Assembly: GCA_001001045.1 (NCBI GenBank) | Contig: LCIL01000005.1 | Span: 21,409 to 85,408 of the forward strand | Direction: 5' to 3' | Source: Candidatus Woesebacteria bacterium GW2011_GWA1_44_23 | GTDB taxonomy: Bacteria; Patescibacteriota; Microgenomatia; UBA8517 | Length of the DNA stretch: 64,000 nucleotides | Shown: positions 37,649 to 46,496 of the stretch, in pieces | Position numbering within the stretch: position 1 is the first letter of the stretch | Layout: each line of letters begins with the position of its first letter | Made by a program: the position numbers and the translations under genes | The notes under the pieces: model-generated | Database searches by the model: none | Seen by the model: only the letters and a program-made list of their open reading frames with translations | What the model was told of the DNA's origin: nothing

Positions 37649-40600
37649 ATGGCAGTAACATACGTCAAAGCTAGTACCCCCAATACAGATGCGGCGGGAG
37701 CCTTTACAGTAACAGGTGCAGCTCCTGCTGTTGCTGGGAATATTATCATCCTTCAAATTTTTCAGGACGGTACTACTGACGGGGCGGTAACTCAAACCAG
37801 TGCTACCAATATTACTGCTCTAGATGGTACGGCTAATACATGGACTGCTATTACCGAACAGTCGGTAGGAGCATCAGACGAAGGTAGACAGTATCTATGG
37901 GTAGGGCGTTCAAGCGGAAGGTCTACTCCCACATTTACAGGCGGCAACACAACTTCAGAGGATCTTTACCTCAGGATGTATGAGTTTAGCGGAGTAGATG
38001 CTAATGCCACGACTTTATCTGGGATTCTTGAAAACGGTACTGCAGGAACTGTAGCTAACGGCACTGGAACATCTGCGTCCGTTTCTGATACAAGCGTTCA
38101 GACACTGGGAGATGGCCGGCTCGCATTAAATTTTATCGCTGTAAACGATGATCCCCAGGCAGCAGAACTAGCCGCAATGACTGGTGAAACAGGGGGGGAT
38201 TGGGCTTATCCTGTTGCTGCGTGGGGTTCTAGTTCTGGCACTGACGGTACAATCGCTTTAGTTACAGCTTCTATCCCTTCTTCGGGAACAATTGATGGAG
38301 GCTCAGATGCCATAACTTCAGCTGCTTGGGGGGTGATAGGCTTTGCCCTTAAACCTGAATTTACTCCAACAGTAGCTTTAAGTACCCCTGCAGATGACGC
38401 GACAGGAGTAAGTACCACCCCAGCCCTAGTTTTTACAGGAACAGATGCTAACTCAGATGAAGTGGAATATGAGGTACAGGTAGATACAGTAAACACTTTT
38501 GATTCTTCGTCAGCCACTATGGCTAGCAATAGTGAAAGTACTTATGACCATGATTACATTGATAATTATAATTCAGTACCTCCTTCATGGTATGGTCAGA
38601 CATTTACCCCACCTTTTATGGGACCCGTCACTTCAGTTAAGTTTTATTTAAAAGGTTCCGATGGTTTAACGGGTAACATGCCAGTTAGATTGTATGCCAC
38701 AGACACCTCTGGTACTCCAGTAGGTGAAATATTAGCCACATCAGCTAATTTGGATTTATCTAGTCTTTCAACTTCTGCTTATGAACTAGTAGAGTTTATA
38801 TTTAGTTCCCCATACACAGTTGAGTCTGGGGTTCTGTATGCATTAACTTTAGAAAATCTTAGTTCCTCTAACCTATATGTTGGTGCAGATATTAGTTCTC
38901 CTGCTTATACAAATGGTACTGCAATTAGTATGAGTCCCGGTGGTTACCTGACTGTTGCTAGTGATTTATGTTTTTATGTTTATAGTGGAGGTTCTCTTCT
39001 TGACATCTTCTCCCTCGCCGATAACGATGCTAACTGGGCAGGCACAGGAGCACCTAATCCCTTTCCTTCAGGAAATGAAATAACCTATACAGTACCGGCA
39101 GGAAGTGCTTTAGCCGCAGGAACTACTTATTACTGGAGAGTACGAGCTATTGACCCTCTAGGAAGTAATGCCTGGGGATCTTGGAGTCCTGGGGCACATA
39201 GTGGATATAGTGAGTTTACAACACAGGCAACAGGTTCATTTTCGCCTTCGATTTCTCCATCTGTAAGTCCAAGTGCGTCTCCTTCGGTATCCCCCTCAGT
39301 CAGTCCGTCTATCTCGCCTTCTGTAAGTCCCTCAGTTAGCCCTAGTGTTTCCCCAAGTCTATCTCCCAGCGTTTCTCCTTCTGCATCTGTTTCGCCATCA
39401 ATCTCACCCAGTGTTAGTCCTTCGGAAAGCCCATCAGTATCGCCCTCGGTCTCGCCTTCAGTTTCACCCTCTGCATCCATATCTCCATCGACCTCACCCA
39501 GTGTTAGTCCATCAGTAAGTCCCAGTGCAAGTGCTAGCCCATCGGTCTCACCATCGGCTAGTCCGTCGGTGTCTCCCAGCGTTTCTCCTTCCGTAAGTCC
39601 GTCGGCTTCTGTTAGTCCGTCTATGAGTCCGAGTGTATCGCCCTCTGTAAGTCCCTCTGCATCAGTTTCACCATCTATCAGTCCTTCTGTGTCTCCCTCC
39701 GTCAGCCCCAGTGTCAGCCCCAGTGTCTCACCCAGCGCAAGTATCTCTCCAAGTGTTAGTCCCAGCGTGTCGCCAAGTGCTTCTCCTTCTATTTCACCTT
39801 CCGTTTCTCCATCAGCTTCTATATCTCCGTCAGTTTCGGAAAGTGTAAGTCCATCCGTTAGCCCAAGTGCGAGTGTAAGCCCGTCGGAATCACCGTCAGT
39901 TAGTCCATCTGTATCTCCAAGCTTTAGCCCTTCGATCTCAGCCAGTATATCGCCAAGCATATCTCCGAGTGTGTCCCCTTCGGCTTCCGTATCCCCATCG
40001 GTTTCCCCCAGTATCAGCCCTTCTGTCTCCCCAAGTGCCAGCCCAAGTCAAAGCCCATCGGCATCAATTAGTCCTTCCGTAAGTCTATCCATTTCTCCTT
40101 CTTTCTCTCCGTCCGCATCCATTAGTCCCAGTGTCTCTCCCAGCATATCGCCCTCGATCAGTCCATCAGTATCCCCTTCGGAGTCTCCCTCTGCATCAGC
40201 TAGCCCATCTATTAGCCCTAGCGTATCTCCTTCTGTCTCGCCCAGTGCTTCTGTGTCCCCTTCGGTAAGTCCGTCTGCAAGTGTTTCGCCTTCTGTCTCC
40301 CCATCGGCCAGTCCATCTGTCTCTCCGAGTCAAAGTCCATCGATTAGCCCATCAATTAGTCCGAGTATATCTCCTTCCGTTTCGCCTTCAGCGTCGATTA
40401 GTCCGTCAATTAGTCAATCAGCAAGTCCGTCAGTGTCACCGAGTGCGAGTATTAGCCCTTCACTAAGTCCAAGCATGTCTCCTTCTGTTTCTCCTTCTGG
40501 GTCAATCTCACCCTCAATAAGTGCTTCCGTTTCGCCTTCTGTCTCCCCTTCAGCATCTATTTCTCCGTCAATAAGTCCTTCTATTAGTCCGTCTGTTTCC

Positions 40601-42538
40601 CCATCGACTAGTCCATCTGTCTCTCCGAGTCAAAGTCCATCGGCTTCGATTTCCCCGTCTGTCTCTCCAAGCGTTTCTCCTTCAATAAGTCCATCGGTAA
40701 GTCCAAGTTTGTCTCCTTCGGTAAGTCCTTCAGCTTCGGTTTCACCAAGTATCTCGCCAAGTTTGTCTCCTTCGGTTTCCCCCAGCGCAAGTATTTCACC
40801 TTCCATTTCTCCAAGCGTTTCTCCTTCGATAACTATATCATCGTCTATCAGTCCAAGTGTGTCACCCAGTGTCAGTCCATCGGTAAGTCCTTCGGTATCA
40901 TCTTCTCAAAGCCCTTCCGCATCAGTATCCCCATCAGTTTCACTGTCCGTAAGCCCAAGTGTATCTGCGAGCGTTTCCCCGTCGGTTTCCCCTTCAGCCG
41001 GATCAAGCGAGTCTCCATCACTTTCACCAAGTATAAGCCCATCAATTAGCCCCTCAGTTTCCCCATCTGTCAGTCCTTCGATTTCCCCTAGTGTTTCGCC
41101 ATCAATCAGTCCTTCTGCTTCGATTTCTCTATCTGTAAGCCCGTCGGTTTCACCATCAGTCAGTCCGTCGATAAGCGCTTCCGTTTCACCAAGCCCCAGT
41201 GTTTCTCCTTCGACTAGTGCGAGCATTTCTCCTTCCATTAGCCCATCAGTCAGTCTGTCGGTGTCACCCTCAATTAGTCCAAGTGTCTCTCCTTCGGTTT
41301 CACCAAGTATCTCGCCAAGTTTGTCTCCTTCGGTTTCCCCCAGCGCAAGTATTTCACCTTCCATTTCTCCAAGCGTTTCTCCTTCGATAATCAGCCCTTC
41401 GGTGTCACCAAGTATAAGCCCATCCATTTCGCCCAGCATCTCACCTTCTCAAAGTCCGTCAGTGTCCGTATCACCTAGCCAATCTCCCTCCGCCTCTCTG
41501 TCACCGTCAGTATCGCCCAGTGCAAGTATTAGCCCTTCAATAAGTCCAAGTGTCTCACCTTCGGTTTCACCTTCTGGATCAATCTCACCCTCAGTAAGCC
41601 CTTCTGTTTCACCTTCTGTCTCTCCTTCAGAATCTATTTCCCCGTCAATAAGCCCATCCCGCAGCCCGTCAGTTTCTCCATCCATCAGCCCGTCAGCAAG
41701 TCCGTCTGTGTCACCAAGCGCAAGTATTTCGCTGTCTATTAGCCTGAGTGCTTCTCCATCTGTTTCCGCCTCGATATCGCCGTCTGTTTCACCTTCTGTA
41801 AGTCTCAGCGTTTCTCCTTCGATAAGCCAATCGGTAAGTCCAAGTTTGTCTCCTTCGGTAAGTCCTTCAGCTTCGGTTTCACCAAGCGCAGGCTTTTCAA
41901 TTTCACCCAGCGTTTCACCGTCTCAAAGCCCTTCGGCTGCGGCTCCCTCAAGTCTCAGTCCATCCGTGTCTCCATCAATTTCTCCTTCAATTGCCATTTC
42001 AACCTCACTATCTCCAAGTGTGTCCCCTTCTATCTCAGCATCCCCATCAATACCGTCTTCAATATCTCTTTCTGTATCACCAAGTGCGAGTCTAAGTCCA
42101 AGCCTGAGCCCATCGGTCGGTCCTAGCGGGAGTCCGCCAGCTTTGCCCAGCACCAGTGCCTCTTTCTCTGTTAGCCCAAGTGCCTCACCGTCACTGTCTG
42201 CTAGTGCTTCTCCTACTGAATCAGCATCACCTTCACCTGCCACGGTGGTATATTCTGCCAGCGCCAGCCCGAGTGTTTCTCCGTCGATCAGCCCCTCTCC
42301 CGCCCGCTATGCATCACCAGAAAAGCCCAGCTTTTATTATGACTCCGCTATTGTTCTCCGGGATGTGGCAAATCGTGATGTTAACTTAAGTGGGCTTCAA
42401 GATACCATACCTTCATGGAACAATGCAGGCCGGCCGAAGAATTTAAAACCCGCCACATTAGGTTTCAATATTGAGACAAAGGATCTCGAATTATATGACG
42501 GATCATTATGGCATAGGCTGCCAATGAAAAAAGTATAG
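37649..42538 (+). CDS. giant Ser/Pro-repeat surface protein (1629 aa): N-terminal globular/FN3-like region, about 1000 aa of SPSxSP repeats, conserved C-terminal domain
   Basis: RBS ggagg upstream. N-terminal region includes ...TTYYWRVRAIDPLGSNAWGSWS. Repeats SPSVSPSISPSVSPSAS.... C-terminus ...PSWNNAGRPKNLKPATLGFNIETKDLELYDGSLWHRLP. Confidence 0.8.
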   Translation: MAVTYVKASTPNTDAAGAFTVTGAAPAVAGNIIILQIFQDGTTDGAVTQTSATNITALDGTANTWTAITEQSVGASDEGRQYLWVGRSSGRSTPTFTGGNTTSEDLYLRMYEFSGVDANATTLSGILENGTAGTVANGTGTSASVSDTSVQTLGDGRLALNFIAVNDDPQAAELAAMTGETGGDWAYPVAAWGSSSGTDGTIALVTASIPSSGTIDGGSDAITSAAWGVIGFALKPEFTPTVALSTPADDATGVSTTPALVFTGTDANSDEVEYEVQVDTVNTFDSSSATMASNSESTYDHDYIDNYNSVPPSWYGQTFTPPFMGPVTSVKFYLKGSDGLTGNMPVRLYATDTSGTPVGEILATSANLDLSSLSTSAYELVEFIFSSPYTVESGVLYALTLENLSSSNLYVGADISSPAYTNGTAISMSPGGYLTVASDLCFYVYSGGSLLDIFSLADNDANWAGTGAPNPFPSGNEITYTVPAGSALAAGTTYYWRVRAIDPLGSNAWGSWSPGAHSGYSEFTTQATGSFSPSISPSVSPSASPSVSPSVSPSISPSVSPSVSPSVSPSLSPSVSPSASVSPSISPSVSPSESPSVSPSVSPSVSPSASISPSTSPSVSPSVSPSASASPSVSPSASPSVSPSVSPSVSPSASVSPSMSPSVSPSVSPSASVSPSISPSVSPSVSPSVSPSVSPSASISPSVSPSVSPSASPSISPSVSPSASISPSVSESVSPSVSPSASVSPSESPSVSPSVSPSFSPSISASISPSISPSVSPSASVSPSVSPSISPSVSPSASPSQSPSASISPSVSLSISPSFSPSASISPSVSPSISPSISPSVSPSESPSASASPSISPSVSPSVSPSASVSPSVSPSASVSPSVSPSASPSVSPSQSPSISPSISPSISPSVSPSASISPSISQSASPSVSPSASISPSLSPSMSPSVSPSGSISPSISASVSPSVSPSASISPSISPSISPSVSPSTSPSVSPSQSPSASISPSVSPSVSPSISPSVSPSLSPSVSPSASVSPSISPSLSPSVSPSASISPSISPSVSPSITISSSISPSVSPSVSPSVSPSVSSSQSPSASVSPSVSLSVSPSVSASVSPSVSPSAGSSESPSLSPSISPSISPSVSPSVSPSISPSVSPSISPSASISLSVSPSVSPSVSPSISASVSPSPSVSPSTSASISPSISPSVSLSVSPSISPSVSPSVSPSISPSLSPSVSPSASISPSISPSVSPSIISPSVSPSISPSISPSISPSQSPSVSVSPSQSPSASLSPSVSPSASISPSISPSVSPSVSPSGSISPSVSPSVSPSVSPSESISPSISPSRSPSVSPSISPSASPSVSPSASISLSISLSASPSVSASISPSVSPSVSLSVSPSISQSVSPSLSPSVSPSASVSPSAGFSISPSVSPSQSPSAAAPSSLSPSVSPSISPSIAISTSLSPSVSPSISASPSIPSSISLSVSPSASLSPSLSPSVGPSGSPPALPSTSASFSVSPSASPSLSASASPTESASPSPATVVYSASASPSVSPSISPSPARYASPEKPSFYYDSAIVLRDVANRDVNLSGLQDTIPSWNNAGRPKNLKPATLGFNIETKDLELYDGSLWHRLPMKKV
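39240..42290 (+). repeat. coding tandem repeat array, 9-nt/18-nt periodicity (SPS[VIAL]SP)
   Basis: Direct reading of the translation. Antisense ORFs (GE/TD/LG-rich) are artefacts of the same repeat. Confidence 0.85.
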
Positions 42539-42818
42539 TATCTTGCAATATTTTTTGACTATAAGCGTATTCTTAAAGCCGTATCTAACTACCCATAGTT
42601 CCTTATAAGCTTCTGGTACTCTCCTACTCCTATAACCATTACCGATCTCCAATATATTAACTAAATCATGATTTTACTCATTTGTTGCATTTTGCGGGCT
42701 TCCATGAATTATAAGGGGAATTTCCTAGATAGCTTCCTGAATAATCGGATAGTTAAGAAGGCTCAGTCTACTAAAAGACTCTTGTAAATCATAATCGCTT
42801 TATACATACTTGTAATCT

Positions 42819-42844
42819 ACTTGCTATCTTCAGTGATAGCAAGT
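42819..42844 (+). promoter_or_regulatory. 10-bp-arm inverted repeat (ACTTGCTATC-N6-GATAGCAAGT) 12 nt upstream of the GTG start of the second Y1-like gene
   Basis: Seen directly. Candidate operator or 5' UTR hairpin. Confidence 0.35.
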
Positions 42845-42855
42845 AACTTAAAACT

Positions 42856-43902
42856 GTGACTGCCCATGATTATCAAGCCAAACTAAATGGGGTACTATAT
42901 TCCCATGTTTATCGTGATCTCGCATCTGAAAAAATTTTCATTGATAACGAAGATTATCAGGCATTCGTAAACTTCTTAAATGAATACTTGTCTGACAAAA
43001 ATGTTGATGATAGTAAAAAAATATTTACAATAAGGGGGCATACTTACCAAGGAGTCCCCCGTTTACCTAAAAACTTCTCTAAACAGATTGAGCTTTTAGC
43101 CTATAAGTTAGAGCCAAATCGTTTTGACTTCCTGATAAGAGAAAATGTTCCTGGGACTACTCAAAAGTTCATAAGAGCCGTATCAACAAGGTACGCCCTA
43201 TACTACAACAAGAAACATCATCGAACCGGTTCCCTATTCAAGGATACTTACAAACTGGAAAGAATCAGCGATCCTGCACTACTACCAGGTCTAATTCGTA
43301 GCCTCCACAGTAACTTTAGTAAAAAAGACGGTGTGCCCGATCATGCTTACTCTTCATGCCCTGAATATCTTGGTCAAAGAGCATCGAATTGGATCAATTC
43401 GCAGGCTATACTTTCTAATGAAGGACTGGGTGATCAAAAGCTGTACCCGGAAAAGGGTAAACCGGAAACCGGTGTACGTGTCACCCGTTATCGCCCAAGA
43501 TCCAAAGCCAGGGTACCAGAAATAATATTATCCATTGCGATTCTGGCTATGCTAATAGCTCAAAGTATATTAAGAATCGAAACTTCTTCAACATCAAAAG
43601 CTTCATACTCGCCTCCTTCATACGCTACGGTTCTGGGTGACAAAAGGGAAGCAACGGAAGACGAAAATATAAAAACCGTAGAAGTGAATCAAGGGAAGGT
43701 TTTAATTGATACCGTTGATAATTTGGAAAGTGTAGATATCTATCGGGACGCTTTGTTATCGTCACTTAAAATTGGCGAGGCTAAGGATAATGACATCTTT
43801 GAGCTTGTTTCTGAAAGCCCGGGCTGGTATCAAGTAAAACTTATTAATGGGTCAACTGGCTATGTCTCGTCAGAATATTCGGAAATAATAACGAATTATT
43901 AA
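42856..43902 (+). CDS. IS200-like Y1 transposase domain fused to TM helix and SH3b domain (copy 2, HuH motif degenerated to FDF)
   Basis: GVLYSHVYRDLASEKIFIDNEDYQAFVNFL...IELLAYKLEPNRFDFLIRE...RYALYYNKKHHRTGSLFKDTYK...; TM helix IILSIAILAMLIAQSIL; SH3b ...SPGWYQVKLINGSTGYVSSEY. Confidence 0.7.
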   Translation: MTAHDYQAKLNGVLYSHVYRDLASEKIFIDNEDYQAFVNFLNEYLSDKNVDDSKKIFTIRGHTYQGVPRLPKNFSKQIELLAYKLEPNRFDFLIRENVPGTTQKFIRAVSTRYALYYNKKHHRTGSLFKDTYKLERISDPALLPGLIRSLHSNFSKKDGVPDHAYSSCPEYLGQRASNWINSQAILSNEGLGDQKLYPEKGKPETGVRVTRYRPRSKARVPEIILSIAILAMLIAQSILRIETSSTSKASYSPPSYATVLGDKREATEDENIKTVEVNQGKVLIDTVDNLESVDIYRDALLSSLKIGEAKDNDIFELVSESPGWYQVKLINGSTGYVSSEYSEIITNY

Positions 43903-43903
43903 A

Positions 43904-44572
43904 ATGATCAAAAAAATTATGTTATATGGCAGTTTCTTGGCTGCCAGCTCTGCTGATACGGCCGTTTTCCTTGCGTCTAATGATTATTTTCATCTTGCGC
44001 TTGCCATCCTTCTTTATTTCCCGTTAATTTATATTGCTTTTATAATATTTCCTCGCAGAACCGAATTTGCTGGGAATGTCCCAATCCACCAGGGAAATGG
44101 AATAGAGCCAAACCTGCTAACCACTAACAAGATCGGACAATTTTCCGGCTCCCCTTCCCCTTCGACCGACAGCGTCGAAGTTTCCGACATCAATAAACGG
44201 GTGTTTCTCAAAATGATTGGGGCTACGGGTTTATCCTTCTTCATTTCTTCTCTTATTTCAAAAAGGTTGCCTTCTCATGTTTTCGGGCAATCTGAAGAAC
44301 CAACAACAACCTCTATCATAGATTCCACAGGAGAGGCAGTAGACCCTGCCAAGCACCACCCCACTGACAGCTATAAAATTTCCGAGGTCGACTATGGAAT
44401 TAATACCTATTATGGCTTTATTGATGAAAATGATGGCTGGTTCATTATGGAACAAGATACAAATGCCGGAACCTACCGTTATATAAAAGGCAATGCGAAT
44501 TTTCCTGATAATTGGAGGAGCCGCGAAAGTCTTACATATGACTATTACAATAAAATTTTTGCCAAATCGTGA
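43904..44572 (+). CDS. partner membrane protein (copy 2): KR-FLK motif and conserved C-terminal domain
   Basis: DINKRVFLKMIGATGLSFFISS; C-terminus YGFIDENDGWFIMEQDTNAGTYRYIKG...YDYYNKIF. Start lies 1 nt after the upstream stop. Confidence 0.6.
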   Translation: MIKKIMLYGSFLAASSADTAVFLASNDYFHLALAILLYFPLIYIAFIIFPRRTEFAGNVPIHQGNGIEPNLLTTNKIGQFSGSPSPSTDSVEVSDINKRVFLKMIGATGLSFFISSLISKRLPSHVFGQSEEPTTTSIIDSTGEAVDPAKHHPTDSYKISEVDYGINTYYGFIDENDGWFIMEQDTNAGTYRYIKGNANFPDNWRSRESLTYDYYNKIFAKS

Positions 44573-44911
44573 TCTTAATACGTGTTTACAATCAATAGGA
44601 AGTTGAATAGTAAGTGAAGCATGATTTGGACGACGATAGACTTGGGATCGAAAGCGTACCCCACTAGGAATACTCCCGGTGTTTCGATGGAAGCCATGTA
44701 CAAAGCAACAGCCAGTGTGGCTAGGACCAAACCGTGATTACCCACCCACTGGTCCTGCTCAAAGCCGAACAAAGAATCGATGGCAAACGAGTTGAAAGCT
44801 AGCCTGCCGTACCACAGAAAAGCGGTATTTTTATGGCGCTTCAGAAAACCACTTCGCAAATGTCAATTGATGTTTGTAAACTCACAAAATCTTATAGTTG
44901 GAACGCACAAA

Positions 44912-44961
44912 AATGTATATAATGGCTTAGCCGTTTGAAACGGTTGTGTTGTTGTATAAAT
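44912..44961 (+). promoter_or_regulatory. conserved roughly 50-nt element, copy B, upstream of the second SP-repeat gene
   Basis: aatgtatataatggcttagccgtttgaaacggttgtgttgttgtataaatg. Confidence 0.6.
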
Positions 44962-45050
44962 GATACTTATTATTGTTAATAGGCCGCATGCGAATAAAAA
45001 TATATTTTAATGCTGTAATTTATGTAGGTTTTACGTTCAAGTAATCTAAA

Positions 45051-46496
45051 ATGGCAACACGGTTGTATCTACCATCAACGGGGACTCCCGCGGTAACCCC
45101 CGCTTATAGTGCGTCTTGGACCGGAACTGACGAGGCGTCAAGGCTAAGTGCTGTAACAACAAAAATCTCTTCGGCGATGGCCTCTGCTTCGACCACAACC
45201 GATACCAGTAAAGTCCCGGATGCTTATCTCATGAGGCAGTACGTTTCTGATCCTTTGACCACTCAAACAATTTTAGCCCAAACAGTCAAATGGCAAATTA
45301 GAGCCTCTGAGACAAACCTATCAAACAATATTTTTACCGCAATTACTATTAGAAGTTGGGACGGTGCTTCTACTTTTCAAACACTGCTTGCTTTAACCTA
45401 TGACGGTACGGAGTTAACAACGTCTCTGGTCAACAGACAATTTAGCGCCACAACCACAGAGGTAAGTATTACTTCCGGAGACAGGTTAATTATTGAAATC
45501 GGAGTAGGTGGTGACCCTACACCCTCCGGATCCGACTTTCATCACGGATCCTTGCGTATTGGAGACGCATCATCAACGGACCTGCCAGAAAATGATACCG
45601 ATACAAACGATTACAATCCCTGGGTCGAGTTTGCAAATACTTTGACATTCGCTGTGGCCGGCCCTTCGTTTTCGCCATCGGTTTCTCCTTCAGTTTCTCC
45701 TTCGGTTTCTCCTTCTATTTCCCCTAGTATTTCTCCGTCAGTTTCTCCCAGTATTTCTCCTTCTATTTCACCTTCAATTTCACCATCTGTTTCCCCTAGT
45801 ATTTCTCCGTCAGTTTCTCCCAGTATTTCTCCTTCTATTTCACCTTCAATTTCACCATCTGCCTCGATATCCCCTTCTATTAGTCCAAGTGAGTCTCCTT
45901 CGGTTTCACCATCAATCAGCCCGTCAATTTCACCATCTGAATCACCATCGACAAGTCCTTCGGTAAGTCCCAGTGCTTCACCGTCGGTCTCACCGTCAGA
46001 AAGTCCATCCGAAAGCCCATCAGAATCTCCTTCGGTTTCTCCGTCAATTTCTCCCAGCGCTTCGCCTTCGGTATCACCATCCGAATCTCCGTCAGCGAGT
46101 CCTTCTATATCCCCTTCAATATCACCCAGTCCGAGTATGTCTCCTTCAACCTCACCAAGCACATCTCCTTCAATAAGCCCTTCCGAATCACCATCGGCTA
46201 GCCCTTCAATTAGCCCTAGCTTATCTCCATCTGTTTCTCCATCAGAAAGTCCATCGGAGAGCCCGTCCGTTTCTCCAAGTGTCTCACCGTCTGTTTCACC
46301 TTCCATTGCCTCCAGCTTTTCACCTTCTATCTCACCTTCGGAAAGCCCGTCGGTGTCCCCGTCGGTGTCCCCGTCCCTTTCCCCGAGTGCCTCCCCAAGC
46401 ATTAGTCCGTCTGTTTCTCCTTCAGCTTCGATTTCACCATCTTATTCACCGTCTGTTTCACCTTCAGTCTCTCCATCGCAATTAGCCCTTCCATAA
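45051..46496 (+). CDS. Ser/Pro-repeat surface protein, N-terminal part (unique 200-aa domain plus SPS repeats); probably continuous with the next two ORFs
   Basis: N-terminus MATRLYLPSTGTPAVTPAYSASWTGTDEASRL.... Repeats begin about aa 205. The frame ends inside the repeat at a junction sequence that recurs at 47740. Confidence 0.6.
   Translation: MATRLYLPSTGTPAVTPAYSASWTGTDEASRLSAVTTKISSAMASASTTTDTSKVPDAYLMRQYVSDPLTTQTILAQTVKWQIRASETNLSNNIFTAITIRSWDGASTFQTLLALTYDGTELTTSLVNRQFSATTTEVSITSGDRLIIEIGVGGDPTPSGSDFHHGSLRIGDASSTDLPENDTDTNDYNPWVEFANTLTFAVAGPSFSPSVSPSVSPSVSPSISPSISPSVSPSISPSISPSISPSVSPSISPSVSPSISPSISPSISPSASISPSISPSESPSVSPSISPSISPSESPSTSPSVSPSASPSVSPSESPSESPSESPSVSPSISPSASPSVSPSESPSASPSISPSISPSPSMSPSTSPSTSPSISPSESPSASPSISPSLSPSVSPSESPSESPSVSPSVSPSVSPSIASSFSPSISPSESPSVSPSVSPSLSPSASPSISPSVSPSASISPSYSPSVSPSVSPSQLALP

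Noticed and set aside
39130-39960. Long minus-strand ORFs inside the SP-repeat arrays (39130..39960, 40906..41439, 45611..46402, 46402..47214, 48234..48968) encoding GE/TD/LG-rich peptides.
   Set aside because: They are reverse-complement translations of the SPSxSP coding repeat (GGA/GAC/GCT periodicity). There are no starts with RBS, and the composition follows the sense strand. They are artefacts of repeat structure.
44575-44859. Small hydrophobic minus-strand ORF (94 aa) between the partner gene and the second SP locus.
   Set aside because: It is possibly a remnant of a membrane-protein gene. It has no start context or family support, so it stays unannotated.
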